Shown one piece after another: positions 25,322-38,947 of a stretch of DNA of 64,000 nucleotides. How positions within the stretch are numbered: the stretch's first letter is position 1; every line of letters starts with the position of its first letter. Origin of the DNA: Antedon mediterranea (lineage: Eukaryota > Animalia > Echinodermata); contig NC_092674.1 of NCBI RefSeq assembly GCF_964355755.1, forward strand, positions 25,420,001 through 25,484,000, given 5' to 3'. The position numbers and the translations under genes are program-made. The notes below the pieces were generated by a model. It was not told the origin of the DNA. It saw only the letters and a list, made by a program, of their open reading frames with translations, and ran no database searches.

Positions 25322-26033
25322 TTTTCTTATAGTTGTTGGTTTGTACACCTTCAGAGAAAGGATGTGCGAATGTACAACTGACTCTGTTATTATTATGTAA
25401 TGGACTGTTAATTTTGAACATGTGTGCATAATAAATTTATTTTAATATAGGTATATTTAGCCTATTGATACGCAAAATAAGTAATAAAAATAAAATCAAA
25501 TATTCGATTATGTAATTTTTTGTATTTTGTGTTTGTACATCTTATTTATTTGTGTTATTAATACAGAATCAATTCCTAAATTATACAAAAAATATACCGC
25601 CCTAATGAAAAATTATATAGAAACCAAAGTCGTACTTCAAATATTGATACAGATTGCTTTAGACATTAAGCAAAAAAAATCAATTATTATTTTATGTTAA
25701 TTTTTTTTTAATATTGCTGTACGCTTAGCGCATATGTACAAACATAATGATTAAATAATAAATATTAATAACTAATAATTTGAATCGAATATGCAAACTA
25801 TAATTAGTATGGTTATGTATATTAGAAATAATTGAACAAAATGTCATAATACAGATGATATATTATACACAAACGTACCGCTCCAATGGAAAATTATATA
25901 GAAACCAAAGCTTCAAATATTGATACAGGTGGCTCTAGAAATTTAGCAAAGAACAAATCAATTATTTTATAAACGTCATTTTTTTAAAATATTGTTGTAT
26001 ACTTGGCGCATATGTACAAACGTAATGATTTAA

Positions 26034-27590
26034 CTAGAATTTAATTCGTCACTTTGACGAATTATAGGTGATCATTTTTATCATTTTACTGAAATTAATT
26101 TTTTTTAAACATGCACGTACGTTAACATACGATCGGAAAATATTGATGTATGCCATCCTATTATACGCTTATAGTGCTGAGTTGTGCCTATTATATGCCA
26201 TATACAATATGTACAGTACATACTGTATATCTATATACAGTGTAGCATAGGTGAAATTACGGGACACACATCATGTTCAAATTTTTTGGTATGATGGAAT
26301 TATCAAAATAAACTCGAAGATGACAATTTCGAAAGATAATGAATTGAGCAAATAAATATAAGAATTGGAAGAGAATTTGGCACGTAGAAGCGCTGTGCGC
26401 GCTCTTTGAAATTTGTATAACTTTGACGAAAAAGATGAAAAAACTACTTTTTAACTTCAACTGGCCATATGTTAACATCACAACATCCGATAGGCTTGAT
26501 TTTTATATGAATTCATATCTAAATTTCAGCTTTCATAATAAATTATAGTCATCAAGGTAACCTTCAATTCTGAAGAGCTGTAAGATATTCAAATTTACGG
26601 CGAAGGTGAAATTACACGACCTACGTTATTCAAGTTTTATTACGTGATGACGTTTAAAAATGAAAATATTGGCAACTCATGAGTAACATAATTGGTTGAG
26701 GTAGAACATATTAAAAATTAAAAGAAAATCGATCACAGATAAGCAAGTTGCGCTCTGTTGAATATGGTGGTCTATGACAAAAGAGATAAAAACACTATTT
26801 TTAAAATTCATGTGGCCAAATGATGACGTTGTACCATTTTGTACGTCTAATGTGTATATACACTTATATCTACAACTCATTGGCTTCCATAATAAGTTAA
26901 AAAAATTAGGGGTCACTTTCCATTCTGAAGAGTTATATTCATTTTTAAAAGGCCTTATTTTTTAGCACTTTTGTACAATTAATGTGCGCATTTTGTCATT
27001 TTTAACGTGCTCGTATAGCACTATTTTAAGTCGAAATAGACTCAAATTTGGTGAATGTACTAAGGAAGATGAGTAGAATGTAATTTGTACAAAACATTAG
27101 TATTTTTTACGCTTCCTATGTACGCACGCGCAAAAACGTGTTTTTGCGCAGTAATTTTTTAAAACACGCAAATGGCCTAATTCATGCTCTAAATTGATCA
27201 AAACGTAATTTTGAGCTTTTTTAATTTTTAACGCGCGATTTCACGCGCATGACCCAAAGTGCACGTGCGTTTCTATTTGCTAATATTTTTACCCTTGGCC
27301 TGAACCTTACGTGTAGTGAATTTTATTAATATGTGATAATGAATTATGGAGATATGATTGATAATGTGATTTCACAAAATGGCGTATAAATAACGTCACG
27401 GGTGAGTGATCACGCTCAAAAGATTATTAGGACTAAGTTACAGTATTTGAAAGACATTGTGAAATTTTGGTAATCATTGACATTTAACTTTTTGAGATAT
27501 TTGTTACACAAAAAGTGTACAGAAAGAAGAAAAATATTTTAATGCAAGTACAATAACAATAGGTGATCATTTTATTCTAAATGATCACCT
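26034..27590 (-). mobile_element. Helentron-associated non-autonomous element (HINE/DINE-1-like)
   Basis: On the minus strand: 5' aggtgatcattt with inner inverted copy, 3' aaatgatcacct, hairpin aattcgtca-aag-tgacgaatt, then ctag-TT. It is inserted at TT/AA in one copy of a locally triplicated sequence. Confidence 0.75.
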
Positions 27591-27780
27591 AATAATAAAT
27601 AACTAATGATTTGGATCGAATATGTAAACTATAATAAGCAGCACATGGTTACGTATGTCATACAGATAATTTAAAAAGGTCACCATAGGTTAATAATGTT
27701 AGCTGTTGTACTTTAAACATATTCTATGAAACAGTTATATCTTTCATTGCCTGGTTCGGTAATTTAAATGAAGAAGAAAG

Positions 27781-28250
27781 GGCTCATTAGAATTATTAGC
27801 ATCAAATATAATTGGTTGTACGGTTAATGATTTAAGATACCTTTATGAAAAATAGGTCCTAAGTAATTTAATTAAAAATTTAGAAGATAAGAAACACCCA
27901 TTACAAGTCAGGCCGGCTTACAGACTCCTAGAGCTGATACGTCAAGAAACCGACTGTCATTTGTACCAAATTCCAAGCATATTTTTAACTTAAAGATTGT
28001 ATATAATAAATAATAATAATGTCTCATTAGAATTACTAAGATAGCATCCAATAAAATTGGTTGTACGGTTAATGATTTAAGATATCTTTATGAAAAATAG
28101 GTCCTAAGTAATTTAATTAAAATTTTAGAAGATAGAAACATCTATTACAAGTCAGGCCGGCTACGGGCTCCTAGAGCTGATATTCAAGAAACCGACTGTC
28201 ATTTGTACCAAATTCCAAGCATATTTTTAACTTAAAGATTGTATATAATA
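27781..28250 (+). mobile_element. Tandemly duplicated (~240 bp x2) LINE 3' fragment
   Basis: Two near-identical units, each encoding PRADTSRNRLSFVPNSKHIFN (CR1/L2-group C-terminus). Confidence 0.65.
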
Positions 28251-28639
28251 AATTTTAATGAATATTTTTTATTGTAATTTTTTTTCTATGTAGGCCTATG
28301 ACGTAATTGTGAATGTTTTGTTTGTTTTACCATATTTTCTGTCGAGGAAACAATTTTTTCATGCACACATTTTTATATATGGAACAAATAAAGATTTGAT
28401 TTTTGATTTAAATTGTTTAAAACGTCAAAATACAGATGATAAATTATACACAAACGTACCGCTCCAATGGAAAATTATATAGAAACCAAAGTCGTACTTC
28501 AAATATTGATACAGGTGGCTCTAGATATTAAGCAAAAAAATCAATTATTTTATAAATGTTAGTTTTTTTTAATATTGCTGTATACTTAGCGCATGTGTAC
28601 AAATATAATTATTTAATAATAAAATAATATTTGGTTATG

Positions 28640-29450
28640 TACAAAGAATCAGTAACGAAGTACTATGGCTCTTTGGCCATACCAAAAATAACAGAAACAA
28701 TAAGAAGACGACTGGCATTTTCTGGACACTGTCTTCGCAATAAAGAAGAAATTATTTCAGATGTTCTGGCAGCAACTCAGGGGCGGATTTAGAGGGGACA
28801 GACTTTTTCAATTTCCACGTGGGCTCTGCTATGCGTAACCGACCTTTGCTTCGGAACACTTTACGTCCGTGTGTCCCAGAGAGGTGTGAAAATTCAACGC
28901 AACTCAAATCGTCGTAACGTTACGTCGACAGAAAAACATGCTTTAGGCTATATGGTTTATCGCAAATAGCTTGATTTTTCGAAGAGCGAACAAAATACAC
29001 GATGGGAAGGGTTTTGGAGCAATCGTCACGACGCGTACGTACAGACAATAAATCACGTACGTACGCGTTTTGACGTTTGCTCCCAAGCCATTACCATCAT
29101 TGTGTCGCCCACGCTATTTGGGATAAACCTAATTGGCAAGAGAAAAAAACCACTTTCGTATATTAAATATTATATATAAAACCCACTATAATCAGATAAT
29201 AAGAATCGCGTAAGATGCTATCTCCAGGCGTCTACTGTAGAAGAAAATTTGTCCAGACCGCCTAGACGAATATTTTTCCATGTCGGCACCCTCTTTATCA
29301 AAATCCTAGATCCGCTCCGCTGTGGCAGCCAAAACATGGGCTTGCAAAACAAGGAAGGCCAGCACTCACATACATTGATGTACTAGAGACGGATACTGAT
29401 ATGCAGAGAGAGAGAGAGGAACTGGCTGTCACAATGGCACAATGGAAGTT
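28640..29450 (+). mobile_element. RTE-like LINE remnant interrupted by a CAGGGGCGGAT-type MITE (~28778-29322)
   Basis: ETIRRRLAFSGHCLRNKEEIISDV ... WQPKHG..KQGRPALTYIDV is split by an insert with ends caggggcggattt / gatccgctccgctg. Confidence 0.6.
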
Positions 29451-29476
29451 GTGGAAGTTCGGGTATGTCCCGGACG

Positions 29477-29905
29477 CGATTTTTTTTTTCGTACATAAGT
29501 TGGGGACCCCATGTGAAAGATAGCCAAACTACTTCCTAAATATAACTAAACCTAACCCTCCAAATAATCTCTCTCTCACTATAAAGTAAAAGAGTAGCTC
29601 ATGGGAGTCGAACCCCATACATCGACATGTAAAGTCCATAGTCTTATTCACTCGACTACACAGACGGCTCGACAGAAATCGTTTACATTAGCGAATTGTA
29701 GTTAGCTCGATTCTTACGTCACACCTTATGGATATCGCTAATGCAAACGATTTCTGTCGAGCCGTCTGTGTAGTCGAGTGAATAAAAGCTACTTCTTTCA
29801 CTTTATAGTTATAGATTATTTAGAGAGTTATGTTCAGTTATATTTAGGAAATAGTTCGGCTATCTTTCACATGGGTCCCCAACTTATGTACGAAAAAAAA
29901 ATCGC
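29477..29905. mobile_element. Foldback element with long inverted arms and a tRNA-like segment
   Basis: Arms gcgattttttttttcgtacataagttgggg.. / ..ccccaacttatgtacgaaaaaaaaatcgc, plus an inner inverted repeat ttattcactcgactacacagacggctcgacagaaatcgttt. Confidence 0.8.
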
Positions 29906-30588
29906 TAAGTAAGTCAGTTTTACATACGTCAATTGTCGCTCAATCTCTTTGTGCCTACGTTCGTTGCGTTGCGTCCAAGTTGGAATCAAGCTTTAACGAC
30001 GAAGAAGACAGAGACGAGTCAAGAAGAGAATTAAAAGCAAGATATTTTTCTTCCACAACACAGATTTAATAACTTTTTATAGTATAGAACTCATTGTATT
30101 CTAATATAGGTACAGTAGGACCTATATTAAGTTAGTAAAGTTATAGTAGTATTGTGCAGTTCTGTACTTATGTCAGATAATGTACCGTAATGTTACAATT
30201 GTCCCCCTAAAAATAAAATAAAATTGTCGTTTAAATTTACCTGAAAAAACTGTAATTTAAAGCAAAAAAATAGTCCAAATTGTCTATCAGGCAATGGTTT
30301 TTTGTTAAATTTAACTTTCTTTTTTTGTCTTTTTATAAGTGAAATCATTATTTTTGTTTGTTTTTTTAAAAGTGCAAAAGTGACCGGAAAACGAGCGTTG
30401 GTCTTATGGCCATCCACACCAACAATTGTAAATCTTAAATTATTAATTTGAAATTGTGAATAAATTGATACTCGAAATTGAGAGGAGACATAAAGATACT
30501 GGAAATAAATTTAAAACACTGCAAAACAAATCATGTAACACAACAACAACATTCTCTAACCCTACCCATAACCACTATGTCATGGTAA

Positions 30589-33294
30589 TTACCATGTGCA
30601 AACAACGCATGCCAACTCGTCGTTGCCAACGTACGGTGGACATGGGAGTGACCCACATACTCCGACAGCAGGGGAGAGCAAAAAGCCATTCTGGTTTGAC
30701 GAGGAGCTCGGCCTTGCTTGAGGATTTGCATCGACACAAAGGTGTTCATATCCGCTTGGACGACCACCAAGGGAACCCATTAACAAACCTTCGTACTCTT
30801 TGGTCCAGCCTTCAGGGCATGTACGTTTAGCTGGGATCATCATACTGGTCGAGCGACCTCGCGCCAGGCAGACCGCACAAACTGCATCCCAGTCATTCAT
30901 GCCACTCAACGGAGCGTAAGAGCTGGTATCATACTCAGCACCATATACTCCTGACCGTCCGCTGGAGGCTCCACTCGCTATCAAGCCGGTATTGTATTCA
31001 GGCGACTCTGGTAAACACAGTGGCTTGGTACCAGCCCCATGTTGTGAATACAAACCTCCACCAACATATCCTAAAATTGTAAAATAAATTACGATGTAAA
31101 TGTATACATCAATCTTACATTAATTTGTTCATAATAAATACTGAATAATATTACCTTAAAACAAGATTCCTTTCAGGAAAAAAACGTAAATGCCCAGTTT
31201 TAACGCATATTTTCCATGTTAAATTTTCCAATTTTAATTTTATTATTTTGCAGGATTTCACAATCAGGTTTAAGAAAAAAAACTATTTAGTGAACCAGTT
31301 CACCGGGGTAACACCCTACTCTTCTTTAAAGTGCACACAGGTTATAACTGTGTACACTGGACCTACGGTTTATAGTCCTTATCCGAGAAGACTTGTTCCA
31401 CCACCAGAACTACTGTAGGAGCGAGTCGGCCTCGAACCCTTGCCGATGTTGTTGGCTTTTTAGGTACAGTAAACGGCGCCCCTTAACCGCTCATCCATTT
31501 GACTCTTTAACCTACCAGTATATACGATGTCTGAAGAATCTGGAGTGCAGTCAGTTCGTCCCCAATGAGTGTACGCAACACTGGAATTTTTCATCTGCCT
31601 CTCTTGGCATTCATTTGGTGTTTGAGTGTCTTCTGTAAATGAAGTAATATTGTATTTATAGAGTTTCATTTTACGTTTTAGTTAATCACAAAAGAGTTTA
31701 TTGTAAAAGTATTCACTACCAATTTATAGCCCAATCCTATAGATGCGAGGTGAGAATTTGATTTTTAGTAGGGAGCTTCGATTTCAGACGACCTATGACC
31801 TAGCCATGACGTGTCATCGGTCGTCCTCTGAATCTAGAAACCATCAAAACTGTGTCGAGGAATAAGAAGCACGTCCTAAGTTTCCCGCATGCCCACATAT
31901 GTTTCTAAGCTCCCTATTTATTAATAATTAATATAAATATGGATTTTGTGATGCGCTAAATCCATGTTTGTGCCCATACATGGACACGATGACGTCATAT
32001 CACTACCATATTTGGACACATCACACTTTTTTTGTCACATAAATTTTGATAGTGTAGACAGAGATTTATACTGTAGGCCTCCTGATTCCAGTCTCTGTAA
32101 TGTACATATAAACAAAATCATGAAAACTTTACCTTCTTCGTCGAAAAATAAATTCCAGACATTTTGCCCGTCATCGTCAGATCCCTTTAAAATAATTATG
32201 ATAACATTATAAAATCATTTTTTTTATTCATGAACCTTTTACTTTTTTTGTGAAAGTAAATATATGGCATTATATTAACTACTACATTAAATATTTCATA
32301 TCATAACGTTTTCAGTGTCACTTTAATGATTTTAAAAGTGGATCACATTATGAAATTATGAATACAATTTTAGCAAAAACAATAATGTAAAACCAACTTA
32401 GTGAATAAAATTTGGATCCCAAAAAAGAAAAAAAAAGAAAATAACTATTTATATGGTCCAGTAAGAAGCAATTAATGAACAACGATTTTACTATTTCTAT
32501 TTGAGCTTTAAAAGTGTTTATTTAATTTTAAAATGTATAGTTAAATGTGTGTGTTTGTTGTGTTAACATACTGTACATCCATAATTACCCCTGGTCGAAT
32601 ATCATCAAATCCAGATATTTTTTGTATTCATTTAAAGATATATTGTCCCCCTAAAAAAATATTTTTTATAATTTTTTTGTTGAATATGTTATTTTAATAT
32701 CACATAATAGTTATTCACTCTCACAAAAAATTGGGTCTGAAAAAAATTTATTTACCTGAGAAAAATGTAATTTAAAGCAAAAAATGGTCAAATTGTCTGG
32801 AAGACAATGAGTTTTTGGGTAATTTAACTGTTTATTTTGTCTTTTTATAGGTGAAATAATTTTTTTTCTCCGTTTTTTTTCTTATGGAAGTGAACAACTT
32901 CATTAAAACTGCAAAATGGCCTATTCAAAGTCCGATTTTAAAAATCTTTATTTTTCATGATTTTGGGGGACAATACATCTTTAACTGTGAGAACCAGGTG
33001 CGAATCAAAGATGTTGAAAGTGGGAACGTAAACATTGTCAAATGAATTGTTGGACCCAACAACATTATTGTTCTATCTTTTACATTGTAATTTTCAAAAT
33101 TTGGGAAGCTTTCAGTCCGCCTAATATTGACTACCGTACTATTTTCAATCTCACAGAACAATACACATACCATACTTTTCCCCTTCTTCTTCCTAACCCA
33201 GAACAAAAATGGTTTCAAAATGCGTATAACTTACCTGTGTCTGATGTACAAGAAGCAGGAAAGAGAAAACCAAAATGGTTGTATACTTGAACAT
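30589..33294 (-). CDS. Secreted C4-like domain protein, paralog 3 (~236 aa)
   Basis: Exons 33294-33235 (MFKYTTILVFSFLLLVHQTQ), 32184-32133 (GSDDDGQNVWNLFFDEE), 31632-31516 (..YTHWGRTDC..) and 31070-30589. Same phases as paralog 2. Confidence 0.88.
31290..31503 (-). mobile_element. tRNA-derived SINE with Deu/Nin-like central domain
   Basis: A box tggatgagcggttaagg and B box ggttcgaggcc, followed by tcttctcggataaggactataaaccgtaggtcc...aagagtaggg..ccccgg. Confidence 0.75.
32636..32980. mobile_element. Kolobok-like MITE
   Basis: TIRs agatatattgtcccc / ggggacaatacatct with TTAA on both sides. Related pieces lie at ~30195-30370 and ~59155-59226. Confidence 0.7.
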
Positions 33295-34712
33295 TTTTAT
33301 TTACCCGTCACTATCTTTACCGTCTGCAGATTAAATGTTATGTGCGGACCCTTAGAAGAAGTGGATCTATTTAAATAATATGTACCCTAAATTGAACTTC
33401 CCAAATACAAATGAAACAGGAACATTATTAACCAAATAGTCGTGTTTTCTAATTTATGTTACAAAACAGTTTATGGACAATACAGTTATTAATTATAAAG
33501 CAACAACCCCCTACTTTGTTTGAAAGAACTTCTGTTGTTTAGCGTATATACCCAAGAGAAATTGTTGCACCCCTGCTGATGTGAAGTCTACCTTTGGCCA
33601 GAATACATGATGCGCTCTTGCTTCATTTTTGCTGACCATCTCCTCAGAGAATTGTGTATTATTTTCTCGTAAATTACATTAATATGTGTGTATCGATTAT
33701 GCCGGTAAATAATTAGGCCGTGTTTCCGCAGCCAAAATACAAAAAAAAAATTATTGGTTAATTTTTTAACCAATCATGTTATTAATTGAAAAATATAAAG
33801 CGCGTATGGTCAGTTATTACCAAACATCCAATCACAACGCAACAATTTGTCCTTCGGATCAAAAGTTAAAAATTATCGCATTTATCCGATAATTATCCGA
33901 CTTGAATGAGAAACTTATCGGTATGTAAGTGGAATCGGTTAAACCCTGTTTCCACAGGCAGTTTATCGATTAATGTTTGGCATCGGAAAGACAGCATTAG
34001 ATAAAGTAGACCTATATTATTATATCATTCTAAGACGGTTGAAATTTGATCAGTTTCCATTTTTGTGGGAAAATATGTTTGTAGTCAGTACAGTACAGTG
34101 GTAGTTTCAATGACACTGGTTTTTAAGCGTATGATAGGTTGGATTAATGTCAATAAAGTTATCATCCAATTTGACTAAAATGTAGGAATCTAGGAAACTC
34201 TCGCAACCATGCTTTACTGGTCATTGTTTTAGGGGCTATTGTTCTAGTTTGCATTGTTCTTATGGAATACATTCCACAAGAACAATACTGTATGCATTGG
34301 CTACTTGTTTGTTGAACACAGCTAACATCAGTATAGTGTGCGTGAAGTATCCAAAATTCCATAAGCAATTATTGTACTTAACTACTACTCTGTAAGAAGG
34401 TAAAGTTGGCCTACAGTTTGAATATTCTTGTAACACAATCTTTGGTGAGTTATCTATACGTTGTATTACTTGTTGACTAGATGTTGTAGAATGCGCTACA
34501 GGATTGTGTCCGGTAATGGTTTACTGTTTAAGCCACTCTGAACCACACACTAGGATATCGCTATGATCGGTCTACTAGGCCTACTAGGCCTACATATCTT
34601 GGTTTATTTGTTTCATCCATGTCATACGTATGTTGGTTTAGCCTATTAGTTATAAAAGCTTGGTTATTGGTTTACTTTACTTGTCTTACCTAAATGAATA
34701 TGCATGGTGTTA

Positions 34713-34903
34713 AGGGCCTTTCACACCTGTTCCGGCACGGTTCCGGTCCGGCGAATCGAACACAAATGTTTCGTTTTTACGACGCTCCACGCGGCCAAGC
34801 ACCAATCGATATGCGCGTAGCCGCGTGAAAACGAAACATTGACGTTCGATTGGATTTGCCGTCGCCGGACCGGAACCGTGCCGGAGCAGGTGTGAAAGGC
34901 CCT
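34713..34903. mobile_element. PIF/Harbinger-like MITE
   Basis: ~40-bp TIRs agggcctttcacacctgttccggcacggttccggtccggcg and its reverse complement, with a TTA duplication. Confidence 0.85.
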
Positions 34904-36582
34904 TTATTTATGTTCAGGCTATTATTTGTCATGCTCTTGATTATATATTATAAAGAATGGCAAGAATGAGAAGCGCACTTTGTGACAGCGCACCCCGCGC
35001 GTCAATTCAAATACTATTTTTGCTTGGTTACTTGTGTTGCGCTTACGTCATTGCGTTTTGTCAAAGAGTGGGAACCAGCTTAAGTAATTTGACCAATCAC
35101 GATGCGATGGGTCATCCAAACTGTCGCCTATGATTGGTCAACTCACTTTGCATACAAGTGGAAACAAAGCTTTAATTACTACCGTGTATATTTAGGTCTT
35201 TAATTTGTATAAAAATGTGATATATTTATTACGTTTACAAACAATGGACAAATAAGACATATGTTGCTAAATACGATGAACAAATTTATTTATTTATTTA
35301 TTCTGTCTTTATCTGAATGACACTTTCAGTGCTAAAGCATTGATTTACAAAGTGGTTCAGTAGAGAACATTAAAAATATAATAAAAATAATTCAAACACC
35401 AACTAACACAGTAATTTACATTAGTACACACATTTACTAACTACCTACCCATGTATTGAAACAATTGAGAAGTATTTGCATTTAACGAACACTATCTTCC
35501 ATACTGAGTATTCTATGCGCATCTGCCATTTTGTGACGCAAATCAGAGCTCATGAATGTTCTATTTGCGCGAATAGATCCGATCCACCCAAATAGATCCG
35601 ATTCGCCCGAACAGATCCGATCAGCCCGTCGGCGTTGTTGTTTTCTATCGGGTTAAGACAGAAATCAGGAATAGTGCATGAACCTTATAACTATTTTTTA
35701 TGAAAAAGGTTAATTACAAGATAGCTAAATATAACTTAACCTAACTCTTTAGATAGTCTCTCTAAAATATTTCAAACCCAGTGGCCATATTCACCATTCA
35801 CAATAGGCTAAGGGAAACACTTAAATCCTTAAAAATCTCCTATCTAAATGAATACAATTTAAGAGAAATACTTAAATATTTATTGAATTAAGTGAAATAC
35901 TTAGTTTTAAGTCTTCAAACTGAAGCATAAATACCACTCGTCCAAGCATTTCGGCCTGGCGTAACCCTTTGACACGATGTTGGTCCGCGTCCATCTAATT
36001 TCCTAATTCATGCCATAACATCATATGGAAAAAAATAATGCCGCCCGCATAATGGAAAAGGATTTATCTCGGCATTTGGTGAGATTGTCAATACTAGGGT
36101 ATGATATCTGCGTGACACATTATCTCACAAATAATTTTTTCTTCAGTAGATTTATTTATTTTTCTGTGTAAACATTTAAAATTAACTAAAGAGAAACTGA
36201 AAAAAATACGTAAAATACAATGTTTTGTATTCAAACAAATTGAGATCTAGCATAACCACATCAATTCTATATGGAACATTTAAAAAACAATGAACAAAAA
36301 TAAAAATACATGTATGGATATTGTCATTCATATATCTGTTCAACTGGACTTACCTGGTAATAATATAACAGCCAACATTCCATCATTCAGCCTGATGATA
36401 CGACCTACATAGGTTGTGACGGCGTCGGGTTATTATAAACAAGTAAAGTCCAGTTGAATAGATTTATCCTTCTAAACTTAACCTGACAGTGTTTAGAGTG
36501 CAAGTTAGAACACTAAGCACGCGCACGCTACAGGTATGAGTATTAAATGTAGTGTATTTTGATAATTTCACTTTCCCATATT

Positions 36583-38947
36583 TTACCATGTGCATACAAC
36601 GCATGGCAATTGGGCATCATTTGTGTATGGTGGACATGGGAGTGACCCACATATTCCAACGACAGGATAGAGCAAGAATCCGTTCTGGTCTGCTAAGGAA
36701 CCATGCCTAGCTTGAGGAGTTCCATCAACGCAAAGGTAGTCATGTCCACCACTATGCGTATGATGGCTACCCATTAATAAACCTTCGTATTCCTTTGTCC
36801 AGCCTCCAGGACATGTACGCTTAGCTGGTATCATCATACTGGTCGACCGACCTTGCGCCAGACAGACCGCGCAAATTACATCGTGGTCATGCATGTCATT
36901 CAAAGGAGAATATGAAGTGGTTTCGTACTCGGCACCATATAGATTTGTCCGACTACCAGTAGTCGATTTCAAATCGTCATTGTATTCAGGTACATCTGGT
37001 AAACACAATGGATCTGTGCCACCTCCATGGTGTGAATAGTGTCCTCCGCCGACATATCCTACAGGTTTAATAAATCATCATCATTAATTTTGTTTAAGCA
37101 AATTAATCAATTAGATTGCCTTGTGAATGTAAACCGTAACCCTGTGCTTGATATTGTTATTGAAAGTATTGTTTCTTTTTAAGACTGCCACTGTCTTATC
37201 ATTGTAAGCCTAATTAAATTTCATAATTTACCTACCAGTATATACGATGTCTGAAGAATCTGATGTGCAGTCAGTTCGTCCCCAATGAGTGTACACAACA
37301 CTGGCATTTCTCGTTTCACACGTCATTTGCTTCCCTTTGCAACTATCTTGTGGCCTGTATTCTGTCATTATAAGTTAAAAAGTATAAAATTAATGTTTTA
37401 TATATCACCTAAATAAATTCCTGTCATTTAATTGGGCGATTGTGGGTCACATGGCGTGCAATAGTACGCACTATTTAACGATCGTTAAATAGTATTTTTA
37501 AATCTGTTCGGGTTTGGAAAATATTTGTTTATACTTATATTGCATTTAAAATACAACAGCCCCACCTAGGCTATATAAGAATTGTTTACTGTATGACGTC
37601 AGAATATAGAATACACAGTAATTTTAATTGCCTTCATAAAGCATAATGTCTACTATACATTTGTTTTCTTTTCGAATTTGTTTAATGAAATGTCAGTAAT
37701 TTACTTTTATTGTTAATTCGAAGTCTCTATAAGTTCACTCTCAAATACGAATGACCAAACATAATTATGTATATTTCAAAGTACATACAAAATCTAAGAT
37801 AAATCTGAGTATAGTGACAATATCTGCTCGTGGTCGTATTCATATGTCTGAAGTTGTTAAGGAGACCATTTTTTTTATTTCATACTTCCAATATTGGTAG
37901 GTAAATTATTTGTATTGAGGCTGTAGTTTGGGGGTTGACGTGCTTGTTGCCTTCCAATTCCAAGGTCCAGGGTTCAATCCTGACCTAGTGCCAGGGTTGT
38001 AACTCACGACTCTTTCAACTCCACTTCCTAAGCCTCAGATGAGAAATAGTTTATAAGCACGATATATTATAAAACAGTTTATCCATCCTCCTGTAATTGG
38101 CCTGTGTGGACCCTTTCTCAGAGCTTTCTACAAACGTTTATTGCCCAAGAAAAACGTTATAATTAAAGAAATTAACAACTTACCCTTGTCACCGAAAAAG
38201 AAATTCCACACTCGGTTTCCATCATTACCTTCGTCTTCACGTCCCTTTGTAATTATCAAATAAATAGTATAGTTTTAAACTCATCGAAATTCGTCACCGC
38301 GATAATGCTGAGATAATTAAATAAAACGGTATAATGAGAGGCACTCCCAATCGGATTTGAATAAAAACAGCCCCAGACAGATATATAGTAAGATTGTGCG
38401 GCATTGTATACCGTAGTATAGCTTGTGTTTCTTCTTTGAAAAATAGATCTTTTATGACACCGCATTTCAAGAGCGTCCCTTTTTAAGGTCTTCAGAACGG
38501 CTTGGTACTAATAATATTACAGTAAGGATACAGATGCTGTACTAAATAAACCGAGACAAATACTGATACATGGAATAAACTAATGCATACTGTAGCTACT
38601 GTAATAATGTTCATATTAAGTGCAGTCTCCATAGTTGCAACTGTAAACAAAAGAAGGTTTTTTTCTAAACCAGCCTGTCCAGAATTGTTATTAGATTTCT
38701 TAAACCACCTTCGTTTAACTGTGCAAACCAGGAGCAGATCCAAAAATGTTGAAATAGTGGGAGCCTAACAAATTATGAGAAAGACATTCTTGGATGCGCC
38801 TATGCAAAATGATATTATTTTTATTGGGATTGACTGCTGTAATAGCCAACTATGTTGTATATATACGACAAAACTTACCTCTGTTTGTTGTCTTGTTAAG
38901 GATAACAGGCAGAAAACTGCAACCGCCGTATACTTTGAAATTCTCAT
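36583..38947 (-). CDS. Secreted C4-like domain protein, paralog 4 (~243 aa)
   Basis: Exons 38947-38879 (MRISKYTAVAVFCLLSLTRQQTE), 38244-38184 (GREDEGNDGNRVWNFFFGDK), 37361-37236 and 37058-36583. Confidence 0.88.

Noticed and set aside
31420-31503. tRNA gene (also ~42225-42308 and ~37920-37990)
   Set aside because: A/B boxes are present but I see no convincing cloverleaf. The first two are followed by a SINE body, so these are treated as SINE heads.
21746-38947. True collagen genes
   Set aside because: No Gly-X-Y repeats in any predicted exon.
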